In this document: piece after piece, positions 62,834-64,000 of the stretch
Position numbering within the stretch: the stretch's first letter is position 1
How the letters are laid out: every line of letters begins with the position of its first letter
Assembly (NCBI RefSeq): GCF_009914755.1
Contig: NC_060930.1
Length of the DNA: 64,000 nt
Direction: 5' to 3' (one strand)
From: the human T2T-CHM13v2.0 reference genome, Homo sapiens
Notes under the pieces: generated by a model
Seen by the model: the letters and a program-made list of their open reading frames with translations, nothing else
What the model was told of the DNA's origin: nothing
Databases searched by the model: none
Made by a program: the position numbers and the translations under genes

Positions 62834-64000
62834 AAGAAATATAGGATTGAGCAACGCTATAAACCATCTAAACCTAACAGACATCTATAGAACACCTATC
62901 CATCAAAAGCAGAACATACATTCTTCTCTAGCACGCATGAAACTTCTCCAGGATAGATCATATAGTTAGCTATAAAACAAACCTCAATAATTTTAAAGAA
63001 ATTTAAAATTTAGAAATAATACAAAGTATGTTTTCCAACTACAATGGAATGAAACTAGAAATCAGTAACCAAAAACATTGGAAAACTTACAAATACGTGT
63101 TAAATATGTGAGATGAATGAAAATAAAGATCCAACAGAACAAAACTTACGGGATTAGCTAAAGCAGTGAAAAGGGAAAAATTTATAGCTGTAAATGCATA
63201 TATAAAGAAAAAGTGAGATCTCAAACCAATAACCTATCAACCTTAAGACACTGGAAAAGGAAGAGCAAAATAAACCTAAAGCAAGCAGAAGGAAGGAAAT
63301 AATAAAGCTTAGAGCAAAAAGTAAATGAAATCAAAAATAGAAAAACAATAGAGAAAATAAAGGAAACCAAAGGTGTTCTTTGAAAAGATTAACAAAATTA
63401 ACAAAACTTTAGCTAGATTGACCACGAACAAAAGAGAGAAGACTCAAATTAGTAGGATCATATATAAGTTAGGACATCACTACTAAGTTGAAAGAAGTAA
63501 AAAAAGATTATACAGGAATGCTATAAACAATTGTATATCAATATATTATATACATTAGATGAAAGGGAAAAACTCCTAGAAAGCTACACACTACCAAAAC
63601 CAACTCAAGAAGTAATAGATAATCTGAACAGACCTATAACAAGTAAAAGATTGAATTAGTAATCAAGAAACGACCCACAAAGGCCAGGTCCAGATGGCTT
63701 CACAGTTGAATTCCACTAAATATTTAAAGAAGTTAATACTAATTCCTCACACTCGTTACAAAAAGAGAAGAAAACACTTCCCGATTCATTTTAGGACAGT
63801 ATTACTCTGACACCAAAATCAGATAAACATATCACCAGAAAACTATAGAGCAATATCTCTTAGGAATATGAACACAAAATCCTCAATGAAATACAAGCAA
63901 ACCAAAAGCATCAATATAGAAAACGAATTATAAATCATGATAGTGAGATTAATGTCAGGGATACAAGGTTGGTTCGGCATTAGAAAACCAACTGATAGAC

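Overview
AT-rich primate (almost certainly human) genomic DNA lying inside ASCC3, the Ski2-like/Brr2-family helicase gene, on the minus strand. Six coding exons splice with GT-AG sites into one open frame of 312 codons (LFELLGPEGLELIEK ... APTGAGKT ... APMKALAAE ... SEILRTQ). From memory these are exons 5-10. They form two tight clusters (44.6-51.8 kb and 12.5-13.3 kb) separated by a 31.3-kb intron and flanked by long introns. The rest is intronic and dominated by interspersed repeats: Alu, L1PA/L1PB/L1M, L2, MIR, MaLR/ERV solo LTRs and Charlie/Tigger DNA transposons. There are no prokaryotic features. The main points of interest are four. (1) Both exon clusters are phase-0/phase-0 cassettes, so back-spliced circles of 594, 342 and 936 nt would be stop-free 'endless' ORFs, and each is bracketed by inverted Alu or L1 copies. 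(2) There are several local templated-insertion scars: a 130-bp 99%-identical copy 1.9 kb away, a ~115-bp copy inside an L1, and a fold-back CATG mosaic inside an Alu. (3) Two L1s carry twin-priming inversions. (4) There are candidate regulatory elements. Repeat subfamily names come from recalled consensus sequences and need RepeatMasker/Dfam confirmation. I see no firm evidence of a wholly new biological system.
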